From Limisphaerales bacterium (GTDB lineage: Bacteria > Verrucomicrobiota > Verrucomicrobiia > Limisphaerales > AAA164-E04), in the NCBI GenBank assembly GCA_965242585.1, contig OZ251460.1, positions 3,988,968-4,052,967 of the forward strand: a stretch of 64,000 bases of DNA. Direction: 5' to 3'. This document shows, piece after piece, positions 9,437-19,146 of this stretch; within the stretch, counting starts at the first letter, position 1; each line of letters opens with the position of its first letter. The translations under genes were made by a program, and so were the position numbers. Below the pieces are notes generated by a model. The model worked only from the letters and a program-made list of their open reading frames with translations. It had not been told where the DNA came from and searched no databases.

Positions 9437-10836
9437 AAGAGGTTGTGATGGGTAACAATAAGATTGGAAGTTCGATTGATAGATCGGACGTGGATGAAAT
9501 GAAAGGAGTCTGGATTCACGGTTAGTTCCGCTGATTGTGTTCCGTCCGGAGTCGTCAAGGTTAACCGTCCATCCGCCGGCGTTGGGACGGGGCAATACTG
9601 GAATTCTTTTGGTAGTGTAGTCCATGTTCTAAGATCCGCAATGTTCACAGCAGCTTGCGCAATAGCCGTGCCAATTCTTGTGAACAGCCCAACAAAGGTT
9701 CCAGCTTCGTCAGCAGCTTCGTTGGCGAGGTAGGCTGCCGTTGCTTTTACGATAGTCGAGATCAATGTCTTAGTGATAATGATGGGCAACTCCTTTTTGA
9801 AGGCTTGGCCGACAATGCTGTCCATGCTGGCGATAGTTTGGGTTGGGACGACTTCGTTTCCAGCGTTGACGAGCAGGTTGTAGTGGTAGTCTTCTTGAAA
9901 CGCCAATTGGGGAAAAGCTGCGCCTACATAGGAGACTTTGCTGATAATGATCGGAATGTCGATGCGGATTTGTTCGCGGATGGGAGCGCTGCCGGTTTCG
10001 AAGATAACGTAGGTAATGGGATGAAACGCCAAATTATTGGCTTTGTCAGTAACCCGTTTCAGTTCTTGCTTAATGTAAGTATTTTCAGGGGAGAGAGCTA
10101 GAAGTTGTTCGAAGGATTTTCTGGATCGTTCCCAATCTGCCGCGACCTCCGAATGATAGAGGAAATAGAGTCCATTAAGAAAAACGGTAAATGGGTTGAC
10201 GTAGTCAGCATATGGTTTTAAATTTTCTAAGTTCGATTTTATAGTGTTAATTTGATTTTGGAAGGAGGCGTCTTCCCTCGCTTTTGCTATGGACTCTTTT
10301 TCTTGGGAGGTTTGTTCTTCTTCTTGGGCTTTTTCAATTGCCCGTTTGTTTTCTTCTACGGCGTCTTGTTGTCTTTGATACGCTCGAAAGATTTCGACGC
10401 GGGTTTTGTCGTGTTCACGGATTTGCCAATAATTGAGCGCTTTGTAAGTGTTGAGCATGATTTTGTCGTACGATCGGCCGCGGTAGGGAAGATTGGCTTG
10501 GTTGGAAACGGCCGCGCCCACCTCGCTAGAAACGGACACTTGGGCCTTATTTTCGTATTCATCAATTTTGTCTTCCGCAATCTGAAAAACTTCCAGGCTG
10601 TGTTGGGGGGAATTGTTGTTTCTGAGAGCGGTTGCGTGTTCTAAATTCCAGATTATATGGTCTTTGGACTTAGCGCTTTTTTCGGCCAGTTTGCCAAATT
10701 CCTTGGCAGCGAGGGTTGTTTCCCCATTTTTCCAATGCCGCATCGCTTTGTCGCCCTGCTGTTGGTACGTCTGACAGGCGGATAGCAGGACAATGACCGG
10801 GAGGAATGAAGCCAAGCGAAAGAGTGTTCGTTTCAT
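9433..10836 (-). CDS. large lipoprotein, COG3014-like
   Basis: 467 aa with a signal peptide and lipobox VLLSAC. The N-terminal half is helical/TPR-like and there is a charged central stretch. Its position upstream of the YcfL-like and LpoB-like genes matches the trio I recall from the C. jejuni cj0089-cj0091 operon. Confidence 0.5.
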   Translation of the reverse strand: MKRTLFRLASFLPVIVLLSACQTYQQQGDKAMRHWKNGETTLAAKEFGKLAEKSAKSKDHIIWNLEHATALRNNNSPQHSLEVFQIAEDKIDEYENKAQVSVSSEVGAAVSNQANLPYRGRSYDKIMLNTYKALNYWQIREHDKTRVEIFRAYQRQQDAVEENKRAIEKAQEEEQTSQEKESIAKAREDASFQNQINTIKSNLENLKPYADYVNPFTVFLNGLYFLYHSEVAADWERSRKSFEQLLALSPENTYIKQELKRVTDKANNLAFHPITYVIFETGSAPIREQIRIDIPIIISKVSYVGAAFPQLAFQEDYHYNLLVNAGNEVVPTQTIASMDSIVGQAFKKELPIIITKTLISTIVKATAAYLANEAADEAGTFVGLFTRIGTAIAQAAVNIADLRTWTTLPKEFQYCPVPTPADGRLTLTTPDGTQSAELTVNPDSFHFIHVRSINRTSNLIVTHHNLL

Positions 10837-10879
10837 AGTATCAGTGTCATGTAGTTGGGGAAATTAAGATGATGGATTT

Positions 10880-11749
10880 TTAGTTTTGCTCCAGGCGAAG
10901 AATGGCGCCTGGAGTGACGCCCAAATTTTCAAGTATTTCGCCTTTTGAGAATTTGGCGGTTACTTGGGTGATTTTGGTTTTGCCGACGTAAACTTCCATG
11001 CGGCCGAGGGATTCGCCGGTATCAGGATCCGTCAGTTCCTTTCCAACAGCGTAAAGGTTCCAAATCTGGTCTTTGGCAATGTTCGTGCCTTCGCCTCGAT
11101 TGCAAATAAGAGTGTTGCCGGTGAGAGATACGACGCGCGCAGGGTAGATGACATCAAGAATTTTTTGGACGGTTTTTGCGGCAGTTTCTGCGGTGACTTC
11201 TTGGAGAAGAGCATCTGTTGGGTTTCCGTCGGAATGGGCGTAGTCGCCGCCTTTGACGATTGCGATACGCTCGGCCGTTACATCGGCTGTTTCCAACAGC
11301 GCGCCCTCTTGGGTATTATAGATTTTAAGGGTAACGCCGATGCGAAGAATTCTGCGGGAAACCGCCTTTTTGAGAGCGGCAAAGACCTCCGCTTCGGTAA
11401 TGTCTTGGAAGTCACCAATGCTTGCAATTGCTAAGTAGTCCGCGTTGCCAATGGTTCCTCCGCTTAGAGATTGTTCTTCTAGGAGACTCTTGACGTCGCT
11501 ACGGGCTAGAATTTGAAACTTTCTCGTTGTATGAAGCGCTGAGGTTAACTTGTCGTCCAACATTTGAACGACTCGTTTTAGCGAATTCAATTTTCCGTCG
11601 GCGAGGGCTTTTTCTTCAAGTGCTTGGCCGACTTTTACTTGGCCAACTGCCAGCCGTTTCGATTGGGCGGATCCTGGTAGAGTCGCGATAACAAGCAATA
11701 AGGCGAGAAAGCCGGCTGGCTTTAGACGAAGAGGAAGGGAAGGGTGCAT
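10880..11749 (-). CDS. secreted CsgG/LpoB-fold-like protein
   Basis: 289 aa with a signal peptide ending PGSAQS and no Cys. DDKLTSALHTTRKFQILARSDVKSLLEEQSL, ADYLAIASIGDF and RIGVTLKIYNTQEGALLET parallel CsgG family motifs. Confidence 0.5.
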   Translation of the reverse strand: MHPSLPLRLKPAGFLALLLVIATLPGSAQSKRLAVGQVKVGQALEEKALADGKLNSLKRVVQMLDDKLTSALHTTRKFQILARSDVKSLLEEQSLSGGTIGNADYLAIASIGDFQDITEAEVFAALKKAVSRRILRIGVTLKIYNTQEGALLETADVTAERIAIVKGGDYAHSDGNPTDALLQEVTAETAAKTVQKILDVIYPARVVSLTGNTLICNRGEGTNIAKDQIWNLYAVGKELTDPDTGESLGRMEVYVGKTKITQVTAKFSKGEILENLGVTPGAILRLEQN

Positions 11750-11769
11750 AAGATGGCAATGACGGTTTA

Positions 11770-13005
11770 TTAGTCGAAGAGACTTTGTTTTTTGTTGATG
11801 ATTTGCAGGCCCTCGGCGGTATTTACCTTGAGTCCGCTTTGTTTCAGCATGTGTGTGTATCCTTGGAGGGTTTTATACTCGCCTTGGGAGAGAATGCTTT
11901 CGCGTTTCAAGCTGTTGAGAAAGGCGGTTGTCTCTTTCCAGCGCTGATGCCCTTGGTCGTCCAGTTCCATGGCGACGGAGAGTTTTTGTCCGTCAAAGAT
12001 GTTGACGGTTCGTTCCCAATCCTTCAAGCCTTGCCGGGAAAGTCGCATTTTGTGAATGCCGGCGATTGTTTTGAATGTGCCTGGTGTGGTGCCAATGACT
12101 ACGCCATCCAGTTCTACGGTGACTCCCAAGGCGCTGACGGGATAGCTTTTCGTGCCCGTCGTAGCGGTGCCGCTTTGATCAACGATGACGTCGGGAATGT
12201 TGATGCCGTTCACGATGGCGACAATTTCAAATGTAGGCAGCACATCGGCACTTGCCGCATTTTGTTGGGCAAATGAGTCGGCTTGAATGGCGAGTTTGGA
12301 TTGGATGCTTTCTCTTATCTCTGCGCACGCTTCGGCGAGTAGTTGGAGAGGGGTTTCGCTGTCCGCAATCGTGACTTCAAATTCTGTTTGCCGTTGGGTG
12401 TGGCTTGTTGTCACGGTGTCACTGATGAGTATTCGGCCTTGTACGCCTTCGGCAAGTTGGTAGGAAATTCGAAGTGTTTTGGTGGTTTGGGCGATTTTGT
12501 TTCCATAAGCGGTTATGGTTCGGTTTCGCTGCGTTAACGAAGTGACGGCCACGGAGAGCAGGTAGCGCGCGCCGAGGTTTTGAGCCAACCGCAGTGCCGA
12601 TGTGTTATTGGAAAGAATGGCGTCTAGAGAAGCGCCGGGAAATGAATCTTGCCCCTCGGCTTTCAGTGGATCGGGATATTCTCGAAGCGCTTTCGTCGTC
12701 AGTTCCCGGCTGATGACTTTCCAACCTAAGCCGGTGATTTGAGTAGTGGCCATATCCTCTAGCGATTGGCGCAGCGGGTCTCCTTTATTTCCCGCCCGGT
12801 TGAAAACAAAAATTGCCGCTGTTTCGGCAAGCGGCTTGGTTTTTGGAATGGGCGGATTGCTCGTTTTGACGGAGGGTTCTTGAGCCTCCGCTTGTCCCAT
12901 GCAGTGGATCGCACTCGTAAAAAATTGGAATCCTAAAGAAACGAAAATGCCGGCGACAGATTGTTTAATGGAGTTTGAACTCATTTTTCCCTCTTTTTTT
13001 AGCAA
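11770..13005 (-). CDS. CsgG-like N-terminal domain protein with a PEGA-like C-terminal region
   Basis: 411 aa. The N-terminal part (AAIFVFNRAGN...ARYLLSVAVTSL...KTLRISYQLAEGVQGRIL) is CsgG-like. VELDGVVIGTTPGTFKTIAGIHKMRLSRQGLKDWERTVNI looks like a PEGA domain. The start codon is uncertain (12984 is an alternative). Confidence 0.5.
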   Translation of the reverse strand: MLKKEGKMSSNSIKQSVAGIFVSLGFQFFTSAIHCMGQAEAQEPSVKTSNPPIPKTKPLAETAAIFVFNRAGNKGDPLRQSLEDMATTQITGLGWKVISRELTTKALREYPDPLKAEGQDSFPGASLDAILSNNTSALRLAQNLGARYLLSVAVTSLTQRNRTITAYGNKIAQTTKTLRISYQLAEGVQGRILISDTVTTSHTQRQTEFEVTIADSETPLQLLAEACAEIRESIQSKLAIQADSFAQQNAASADVLPTFEIVAIVNGINIPDVIVDQSGTATTGTKSYPVSALGVTVELDGVVIGTTPGTFKTIAGIHKMRLSRQGLKDWERTVNIFDGQKLSVAMELDDQGHQRWKETTAFLNSLKRESILSQGEYKTLQGYTHMLKQSGLKVNTAEGLQIINKKQSLFD

Positions 13006-13040
13006 CGAAAAAACTTCCGCAAGAAAAGAAACGGGGTGGA

Positions 13041-13367
13041 TTAGGGTTGGTGTTTTTTGATTTTGACGGCGGTGCCGTAGGCGAGGAGTTCGGCGGCGCC
13101 GGTCATCACTTGGGAGGTGACGAAGCGGACGTTGACAATGGCGTCGGCGCCGAGTTTTTCCGCGTGGGCGGTCATTCGGCGGATGCTTTCGTTGCGGGCT
13201 TCCATTAGCATTTCAGTGTATTCCTTGATTTCGCCGCCAACGATGGTGCGGAGGCCGGCGAGGAGGTCTTTGCCGATGTGTTTGGCGCGAATGGTGTTGC
13301 CGCGGACAAGGCCGAGGTATTCGGTGATTTGGTAGCCTTCGAGTCGGTCGGAATTGATGATTAACAT
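13041..13367 (-). CDS. ybjQ: YbjQ/UPF0145 family protein
   Basis: Only the last 108 aa of ORF 13041..13856 are used: MLIINSDRLEGYQITEYLGLVRGNTIRAKHIGKDLLAGLRTIVGGEIKEYTEML...AIVNVRF. ATG at 13365-13367. Confidence 0.8.
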   Translation of the reverse strand: MLIINSDRLEGYQITEYLGLVRGNTIRAKHIGKDLLAGLRTIVGGEIKEYTEMLMEARNESIRRMTAHAEKLGADAIVNVRFVTSQVMTGAAELLAYGTAVKIKKHQP

Positions 13368-13390
13368 AAGCGATTTTACGGATTTTTGTT

Positions 13391-13627
13391 TTAGGGTTCG
13401 TCTTGCAGTTCTTTGTCGGTTTTTCGAGATTGGATTCGTTCCCAGATTACCGTTCCGAGCAACAGAATAAAGCCGATGGCGGCAATGGCAAGCCCGATTT
13501 GGAGAAGAAGCGGAAGCTGTAAAAAGAGCTGACCAATCGCCCGCAGAGGTTTGACGAACCAAAATAGCAGGAGAAGCGCTCCAATCCAAAGGAAGAGAAA
13601 CCCGAAGAGTCGTGCCAGTTTGATCAT
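13391..13627 (-). CDS. small membrane protein
   Basis: MIKLARLFGFLFLWIGALLLLFWFV...IAAIGFILLLGTVIW has 2-3 hydrophobic spans. The start may instead be 13684. Confidence 0.4.
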   Translation of the reverse strand: MIKLARLFGFLFLWIGALLLLFWFVKPLRAIGQLFLQLPLLLQIGLAIAAIGFILLLGTVIWERIQSRKTDKELQDEP

Positions 13628-13990
13628 ATTTGGATCCGGTAATTTTGCAATGGGAGAATAGTAATAGTTCGGTCTTTTTGACAAACCCCGGCAATTTCTG
13701 AAAGGCGCGAAGAAACGGGGTGGTTTGTTTCTTGGCGTTTTCTTTCGGCATTTTTGAATGTTGCGTCCATAAATAAAATTTGTCTGCGATTGATTTTAGG
13801 GGATTGGCCGGTTGAATTCCACTGATTTTCCGCGAAGCAATTTCGCAATGCGCCAAAGGACTCTAAAAGTCTCTAGAAGGATTTTTGCGGCTTTTTCCAA
13901 TTTTTGGGTTGGGCAAGCGGTTTGCCGGCGAAAGATCGAGATGGATGATTGTAATTCAATTGCGGAGATGGTTGCATAGTTCTTTTTTGA

Positions 13991-16900
13991 ATGAGACTGC
14001 CCAAATTCTTTCCTTTGCCGGCGCTTTTGCGGGGATTTTTTGTCGTTGTCGTTGTGTTTTGGAGCGGAGTTCGAGCTGCGGATGGGGCCGAGCCGAGCCT
14101 TGACCAGCGGGATCCTATTGAGGAAGCGCTGGAGTCCGTCCGTCACAATCTGCGGTTGGTGGAAGAAAAACAAGATTTGGAAGCGGAACTCAAGTCCCGT
14201 TTGTTGGAAGCCTATCAATCAGCGCAAAGCTATTACGAAGATGCCAAAACCAGCGCGGAAAAAAAAGCGGCGTTCCGAGATTCCATCCAATCGGCTCCCG
14301 CCAATACGGCCAAGTTTCGGGAAGAATTGAAAAATCTCGGCGAGACGATTTCAACCAATTCGGCAGCGGCAGCCATTCCTGCGGGGTTGTCGGCAGCAGC
14401 GTTGGAGCAGAGGGCAACTAGCACGCAGGCGGAATTGGCCGGCTTGAAAAACCGATTGAACGCTGCGGAGGAGCGAGTGAAACAACTGCAGGCGCGTCCC
14501 AGCGCGTTGCGGGCGAGGCAAGAGCAAGTTGCTTCGGACTTGGCGGAGATGGAAGAAGCCTTGCAAGTGGCGGCGGCAACCGGCGGCGACGCTTTTGAAG
14601 AGTCCACGGCCAAGCGAGCCGTTTTGATGGCGCAAAAGGCCGCGCGAGCCGCCGAGGCGGCGGCGTTGGAACAAGAGCATTTGAGTCTGGCCTTGCGCTC
14701 AGAAAAATCGACGGCCGAGCGCGACTGGATTGCGCAACAAGCGGCTAATCAACAAGTTCGGGTTGGGGCTTTGGAAGGTTTGCTAGTCAAACAGCGCCAG
14801 AGCGAAGTCGAAGAACAACAGCGAGAAGCGGAAGAAGCCACCCAAAAAGCGGCGGATAAGCATCCCTTGGTGGAAAAACTGACGCAGGATTACGCCGCTT
14901 TGGCCGATGAACGCACCAAGCTGGTGCAGCAGGTCGACGTCCAACTCAAAAGCGAACTGGAGGACTTGACGGCGCAGAAAGATAAGGTGAGCCGGGATTA
15001 CACTCTCGCCCGCGACCGCATCAAAGACGTCGGACTGAGCGACGCGCTGGCGGTGCGACTCTTAGACCAATGGCGGCGCCTGCCAAGCCTGCGAACCCAT
15101 CGCGCCGCTTTGGACCAACGAAAAGAAGCCATTGCCGAGGCCGTAGCGTTGCGCTTGCAGGCCGAAGACGACTGGATGGCGTTGCCCGACGCCAAAGACC
15201 CGGAACAAGTCAAGACTTGGTGCCGAGCGCATTACGCCGAAGCGCGACTCGGCGGCGCCGACGAAGCGGAAGTTCAGGACGAAGCCGGCCGGCTGCTGGA
15301 GGCCAGACGAACTGGGTTGACGGCACTGATCGAAGACTACAACCGCTTAATACAAAAACTGGGAGAACTCGATTTTGAAGAAACCAAACACATTGCGCAA
15401 GTCGAAGAATACACCGCTTTTTTGGAAGAGCGGCTGCTGTGGATTCCCAGCGCCCCGCCTTGGAAACCTTCCACCCTGCGCGAGGCTTCCTCCTCGCTTC
15501 AATGGCTGGCTTCCGGGCAAAATCGCCGGGAAATCCTTCGAGCCGCCTTGTCGCTTCCCCAAGAGCGCCCGTGGCTGGCCGCCTTTTTGGGGTTGCTTCT
15601 GCTGTTCTCTTTGGGCTCAAGGCCGCTTGTCCGCCGCAAAGAACATGAGTATTCGGCGGGAGTCAAGCGCATCTCGACGGATTCTTTTGGGATCACTTTG
15701 CGAGCGGCCTTCCTGTTGCTCCTTCAGTCGGCGCCCGTCGCTTCCGTGCTGGCCTTGCTCGGCTGGCACTTGCTGGAACGGGAATCAGACGTGGAAATTT
15801 TGCGCGGACTCGGCAGCAGCCTATTGTATGCCGCCGTGCATCTCTTTGGCATTTTGATCCTGCTGAACGTCTGCCGCCCGCGGGGCTTGGGGCAAGCGCA
15901 TTTTCGATGGAATCCCGCCCTGGCCGCCATGGTGCGCCGGCAGTTGTTTTGGTTCTTGCCGGTCGTCTTGTGTTGCACCGTCCTCATCGACTTGGCCGAA
16001 GAGTTGACCGACGAATTCCATCGCACGGGATTGAGCCGATTGGCCTTGACGGGATTGCTCCTGGCCGTGGCTTCTTTGCTCTTCCGAACTATGCGTCCCA
16101 AAGACGGCGTTCTGTCCGGGGTCCTCTCGCGCTCGCCCGAAGGATGGATGGTTCGTTTGCAACCGATCTGGTACGGGCTTCTGGTGTTGACTCCAATCGG
16201 TTTGGGCATTCTTTCCGCGCTTGGCTACCATCACACCGCCGTACAACTCACCCGCCAAGCGGCCATCACCGTTTCTTTTTTCGTCGGCGTCTTTGTCGTG
16301 CATCAACTGGCGCGGCGGTGGTTTTTGGCCAAAGAGCGCAAACTGAAACTTGAGCAATGGCTTGCCCACCGCCGAACGACCGCCAAAAGCTCCGGCGCGG
16401 CAGACGGCGTTTCCGAAGAAGCCTTGCGCCCCGAAGTGGACGAGGAAGCGCTCGACGTCAAAACCCTCGGCGAGCAAACCCGGCGTTTCCTGCGCTCTTT
16501 GATGAGCTTTTCGCTCTTGCTGGGCGTTTGGTGGATTTGGGCCGACGTTCTGCCCGCCCTCAACGCTCTGGACGCCGTAGAACTCTGGCACGCCGAAGCC
16601 TCCGACGGCGCAACCGAGCGCCGCCCGGTCACTTTGAATCACCTGGCCTTAAGCCTGCTCATCGCCGTCATCACCATCATCGCCGTCCGCAATGTTTCCG
16701 GCGTGCTGGAAATCGGCATCCTCCAAAATCTTCCTTTGGCGCCGGGCAGCCGCTACGCCATCGTCTCCGTCGCGCAATACGCCGTTGTTCTCTTGGGAAT
16801 AGTCTTCGCCTTCAACGTCCTCGGATTTACCCTTGCCCAGTTTGGCTGGATTATGGCCGCCCTCAGCGTTGGGCTTGGTTTTGGACTCCAAGAAGTGGTT

Positions 16901-17428
16901 GCCAACTTCGTCAGCGGCGTCATCCTCCTCGCCGAACGCCCCATCCGCGTGGGCGACATCGTCACCGTCTCCGACGTCAGCGGCGTGGTCACCAAAATCC
17001 GCATCCGCGCCACTACCATCACCAACTGGAGCCGCCAAGAGCTCATCGTCCCCAACAAAGAATTTATCACCGGCAGAATCCTCAACTGGACGCTCACCAA
17101 CACCATCAACCGCATCGTCGTCGAAGTCGGCGTCGCTTATGGCGCCGACACCGAAAAAGCCCGCCAAATCCTCCTCAACACCGCCAAAAACCATCCTCTC
17201 ATTATGTCCGAACCCGGCCCCCTTGCTACCTTTGAAGGATTCGACGACAGCTCTCTCCGCCTCATCCTTCGTTGTTACCTGCCCACGCTGGAAAACCGCC
17301 TGAGCGTCACCACCGAACTTCATACCGCCATTCATCATGCCTTCGACGCCGCCGGCATCGAAATCCCCTTCCCCCAGCGGGACATCCGCGTTCACTGGCC
17401 CGAACCCTCGCCCAAAAAGAGCGTCTAG
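13991..17428 (+). CDS. MscK/KefA-like large mechanosensitive channel (MscS family)
   Basis: 1145 aa: signal peptide, long periplasmic coiled coil, multiple TMs, and a C-terminal MscS core (GFGLQEVVANFVSGVILLAERPIRVGDIVTV...ITNWSRQELIVPN). Confidence 0.85.
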   Translation: MRLPKFFPLPALLRGFFVVVVVFWSGVRAADGAEPSLDQRDPIEEALESVRHNLRLVEEKQDLEAELKSRLLEAYQSAQSYYEDAKTSAEKKAAFRDSIQSAPANTAKFREELKNLGETISTNSAAAAIPAGLSAAALEQRATSTQAELAGLKNRLNAAEERVKQLQARPSALRARQEQVASDLAEMEEALQVAAATGGDAFEESTAKRAVLMAQKAARAAEAAALEQEHLSLALRSEKSTAERDWIAQQAANQQVRVGALEGLLVKQRQSEVEEQQREAEEATQKAADKHPLVEKLTQDYAALADERTKLVQQVDVQLKSELEDLTAQKDKVSRDYTLARDRIKDVGLSDALAVRLLDQWRRLPSLRTHRAALDQRKEAIAEAVALRLQAEDDWMALPDAKDPEQVKTWCRAHYAEARLGGADEAEVQDEAGRLLEARRTGLTALIEDYNRLIQKLGELDFEETKHIAQVEEYTAFLEERLLWIPSAPPWKPSTLREASSSLQWLASGQNRREILRAALSLPQERPWLAAFLGLLLLFSLGSRPLVRRKEHEYSAGVKRISTDSFGITLRAAFLLLLQSAPVASVLALLGWHLLERESDVEILRGLGSSLLYAAVHLFGILILLNVCRPRGLGQAHFRWNPALAAMVRRQLFWFLPVVLCCTVLIDLAEELTDEFHRTGLSRLALTGLLLAVASLLFRTMRPKDGVLSGVLSRSPEGWMVRLQPIWYGLLVLTPIGLGILSALGYHHTAVQLTRQAAITVSFFVGVFVVHQLARRWFLAKERKLKLEQWLAHRRTTAKSSGAADGVSEEALRPEVDEEALDVKTLGEQTRRFLRSLMSFSLLLGVWWIWADVLPALNALDAVELWHAEASDGATERRPVTLNHLALSLLIAVITIIAVRNVSGVLEIGILQNLPLAPGSRYAIVSVAQYAVVLLGIVFAFNVLGFTLAQFGWIMAALSVGLGFGLQEVVANFVSGVILLAERPIRVGDIVTVSDVSGVVTKIRIRATTITNWSRQELIVPNKEFITGRILNWTLTNTINRIVVEVGVAYGADTEKARQILLNTAKNHPLIMSEPGPLATFEGFDDSSLRLILRCYLPTLENRLSVTTELHTAIHHAFDAAGIEIPFPQRDIRVHWPEPSPKKSV

Positions 17429-17500
17429 TCTCTCCGAACACCGCTTGAATAATGAATAAACGATATTTATCTTTAATTCGAGTTTGACAATGACGGGAAA

Positions 17501-17899
17501 GTGAGCAAAAACGCCGCCTGCGCCGATGAACGAGTCGCCGTTTCTCTTTGCCTGAGCGGAGGACAACGCCATGATACCACTGCCTTTGCCGATGTTTGGA
17601 GAGAAGTGCCAAAATCCCGCTGGTTGAACGCCGCCGTGATGGACAAAGCCTACGACTGCGACGACATCCGCAAATTCTTGGAATATCAAGGCATCGAAGC
17701 CGTGATTCCGCCAAAATCCAACCGGAAGAGATTGCTTTCCTACGACAAAGTGAAATATCGAATGCGTCAAAAAGTGGAGCGGTTCTTTTGTCGAATCAAA
17801 GAATTCCGCCGCATTGCGACTCGCTACGACAAACTGGCGAAAACCTTCATGGCTTTCGTCCATCTCGTCTGCGCTTTCGTTGGTTTTCAATCGAGTTGA
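17501..17899 (+). mobile_element. 5'-truncated IS5-family DDE transposase remnant
   Basis: LSGGQRHDTTAF...AVMDKAYDCDDIRKFLEYQGIEAVIPPKSNRK...YRMRQKVERFFCRIKEFRRIATRYDKL is the C-terminal half of IS5/IS427-type transposases. The N-terminal half is absent and I recognised no terminal inverted repeats. Confidence 0.7.
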
Positions 17900-17931
17900 A
17901 AAAAAAAGCCGCCGAGACGAATCCCGACGGC
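17899..17931 (-). terminator. Rho-independent terminator candidate for the 18584->17953 transcript
   Basis: On the minus strand, GCCGTCGGGATTCGTCTCGGCGGC forms an imperfect stem and is followed by nine T (plus-strand A9 at 17899-17907). Confidence 0.5.
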
Positions 17932-17952
17932 TTGCGAAAAGGAAACAACAAT

Positions 17953-18249
17953 TTAATTAAAGGCTTTTATCGCTATGCTTAACCACGAAAAATAATTAGC
18001 AATTAACACAGGCGCAGTCGATGCAACAACGATCCAAAACCATTTCTTCGCAGCTTTCTTTGAGTTCTCCAAGCGATCCAATTGAACATTAATGCCAACC
18101 TTCCCATTTCCTCGAATGTCTGCGTCTATCTTGTCCAAGCGAGTTTTCAGGTCAGATTCCATTTTCTTCAAATGGGCTTCGATGCCGTCAATCTTTCCGT
18201 TGACGAAAATCTTCAACTCGTTAATCGTCTTTATCTCTGGCTCGTTCAT
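17953..18249 (-). CDS. small coiled-coil protein with a C-terminal TM helix
   Basis: 98 aa. A heptad-like N-terminus (IDGIEAHLKKMESDLKTRLDKIDADI) precedes WFWIVVASTAPVLIANYFSWL. Its ATG overlaps the upstream TGA (18246-18249). Confidence 0.4.
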   Translation of the reverse strand: MNEPEIKTINELKIFVNGKIDGIEAHLKKMESDLKTRLDKIDADIRGNGKVGINVQLDRLENSKKAAKKWFWIVVASTAPVLIANYFSWLSIAIKAFN

Positions 18250-18995
18250 CGGCCACCTCCCGATGTTTGAGGTGTTGGCGGTTCTTCCGTGGTTGGCGAC
18301 TCAATTTTCGCGATGCGGAAAAACTGCTTGTCTTTGGCGGCGGCCAGCGGAAAACGCAACGGACTGCTTCCCAAATGGTCTCGGTATTCTCCATTGACGG
18401 CGTCGGCAATTTGAAGTTTGCCATCTCTCCAAACAATTTCCACTTCCCGGCCGTTGGCGGTGGCCTGCGTTCTGATTTCCAGTTTTGGCGGTTCGAATTT
18501 ATCCCATGGAAACAGCTCCGTCCATTGAATTGCCCACCATACCCCGAAGTATGGTCCTGATGTTCCGGAGATACGGTTCTTCATTTCCTTCGAGCAGGTG
18601 ATGTTGCGGAGGCTTGTTTGATGCGCGTCGATGATTAGCTTTGCATCATAAAGAACGCCTGATTAATCTCCTGAGCCGTATTGCTTTGCCTGTCCGGGCT
18701 GGAAGACGATGTTGGTCAGGTTGATGCAGCCGCCGGCAATGATGCGATTGATGATTGCGTGTTTTGGAACGACAATCTGGGCGATTTCTCGTCTCTCGCC
18801 GTGTTCGAAGCGGAGATGTAAAGGGGGACTGATTTCCTTCTTCCACGTCGATCCATTTGTGTTGGTTATCCAAGCGAAGTTTTCTTCCGGGACTTCCGGC
18901 GGGGCTTGCGCTTGGGTTTCTGGCGGCACGGCGAGCAGGCCGGCCGCAACAATGGCGAGGAGCGCCAAATTAATTTTGCGGTTGCAATTTTGCAT
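18246..18995 (-). pseudogene. secreted protein with an FFRL-type C-terminal module, interrupted by an in-frame TAA
   Basis: ORFs 18663..19064 and 18246..18584 are in the same frame, separated by a TAA at 18663-18665. The N-terminal part has a signal peptide (MQNCNRKINLALLAIVAAGLLAVPPETQAQ). The C-terminal part (PPKLEIRTQATANGREVEIVWRDGKLQIADAV...FFRI) is paralogous to 26135..26884. Confidence 0.5.
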
Positions 18996-19146
18996 AAGTT
19001 TTACTGGTCTTTTGTGTTTGTTGAATTGGTCGATTGCATCGGCGTTCGAACAACAAAACGCCATACACCGAGAACGATACTCGACGATTCTCGGTTTGTA
19101 AACTTTTTTTGTATAATCATTTTAAATGAAAAATCATTTTTACGGC

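Noticed and set aside
13041-13856. The 271-aa ORF as a single gene.
   Set aside because: Only the C-terminal 108 aa match YbjQ. The upstream part is R/S/K-rich and overlaps a better small membrane ORF (13391..13684) in another frame.
15821-17890. Long minus-strand ORFs (16649..17890 at 413 aa; 15821..16642 at 273 aa) antisense to the MscK-like gene.
   Set aside because: The plus-strand product has a coherent MscS-family architecture. The antisense products are G/D/A/V-rich with no motifs, typical of open antisense frames in GC-rich coding DNA.
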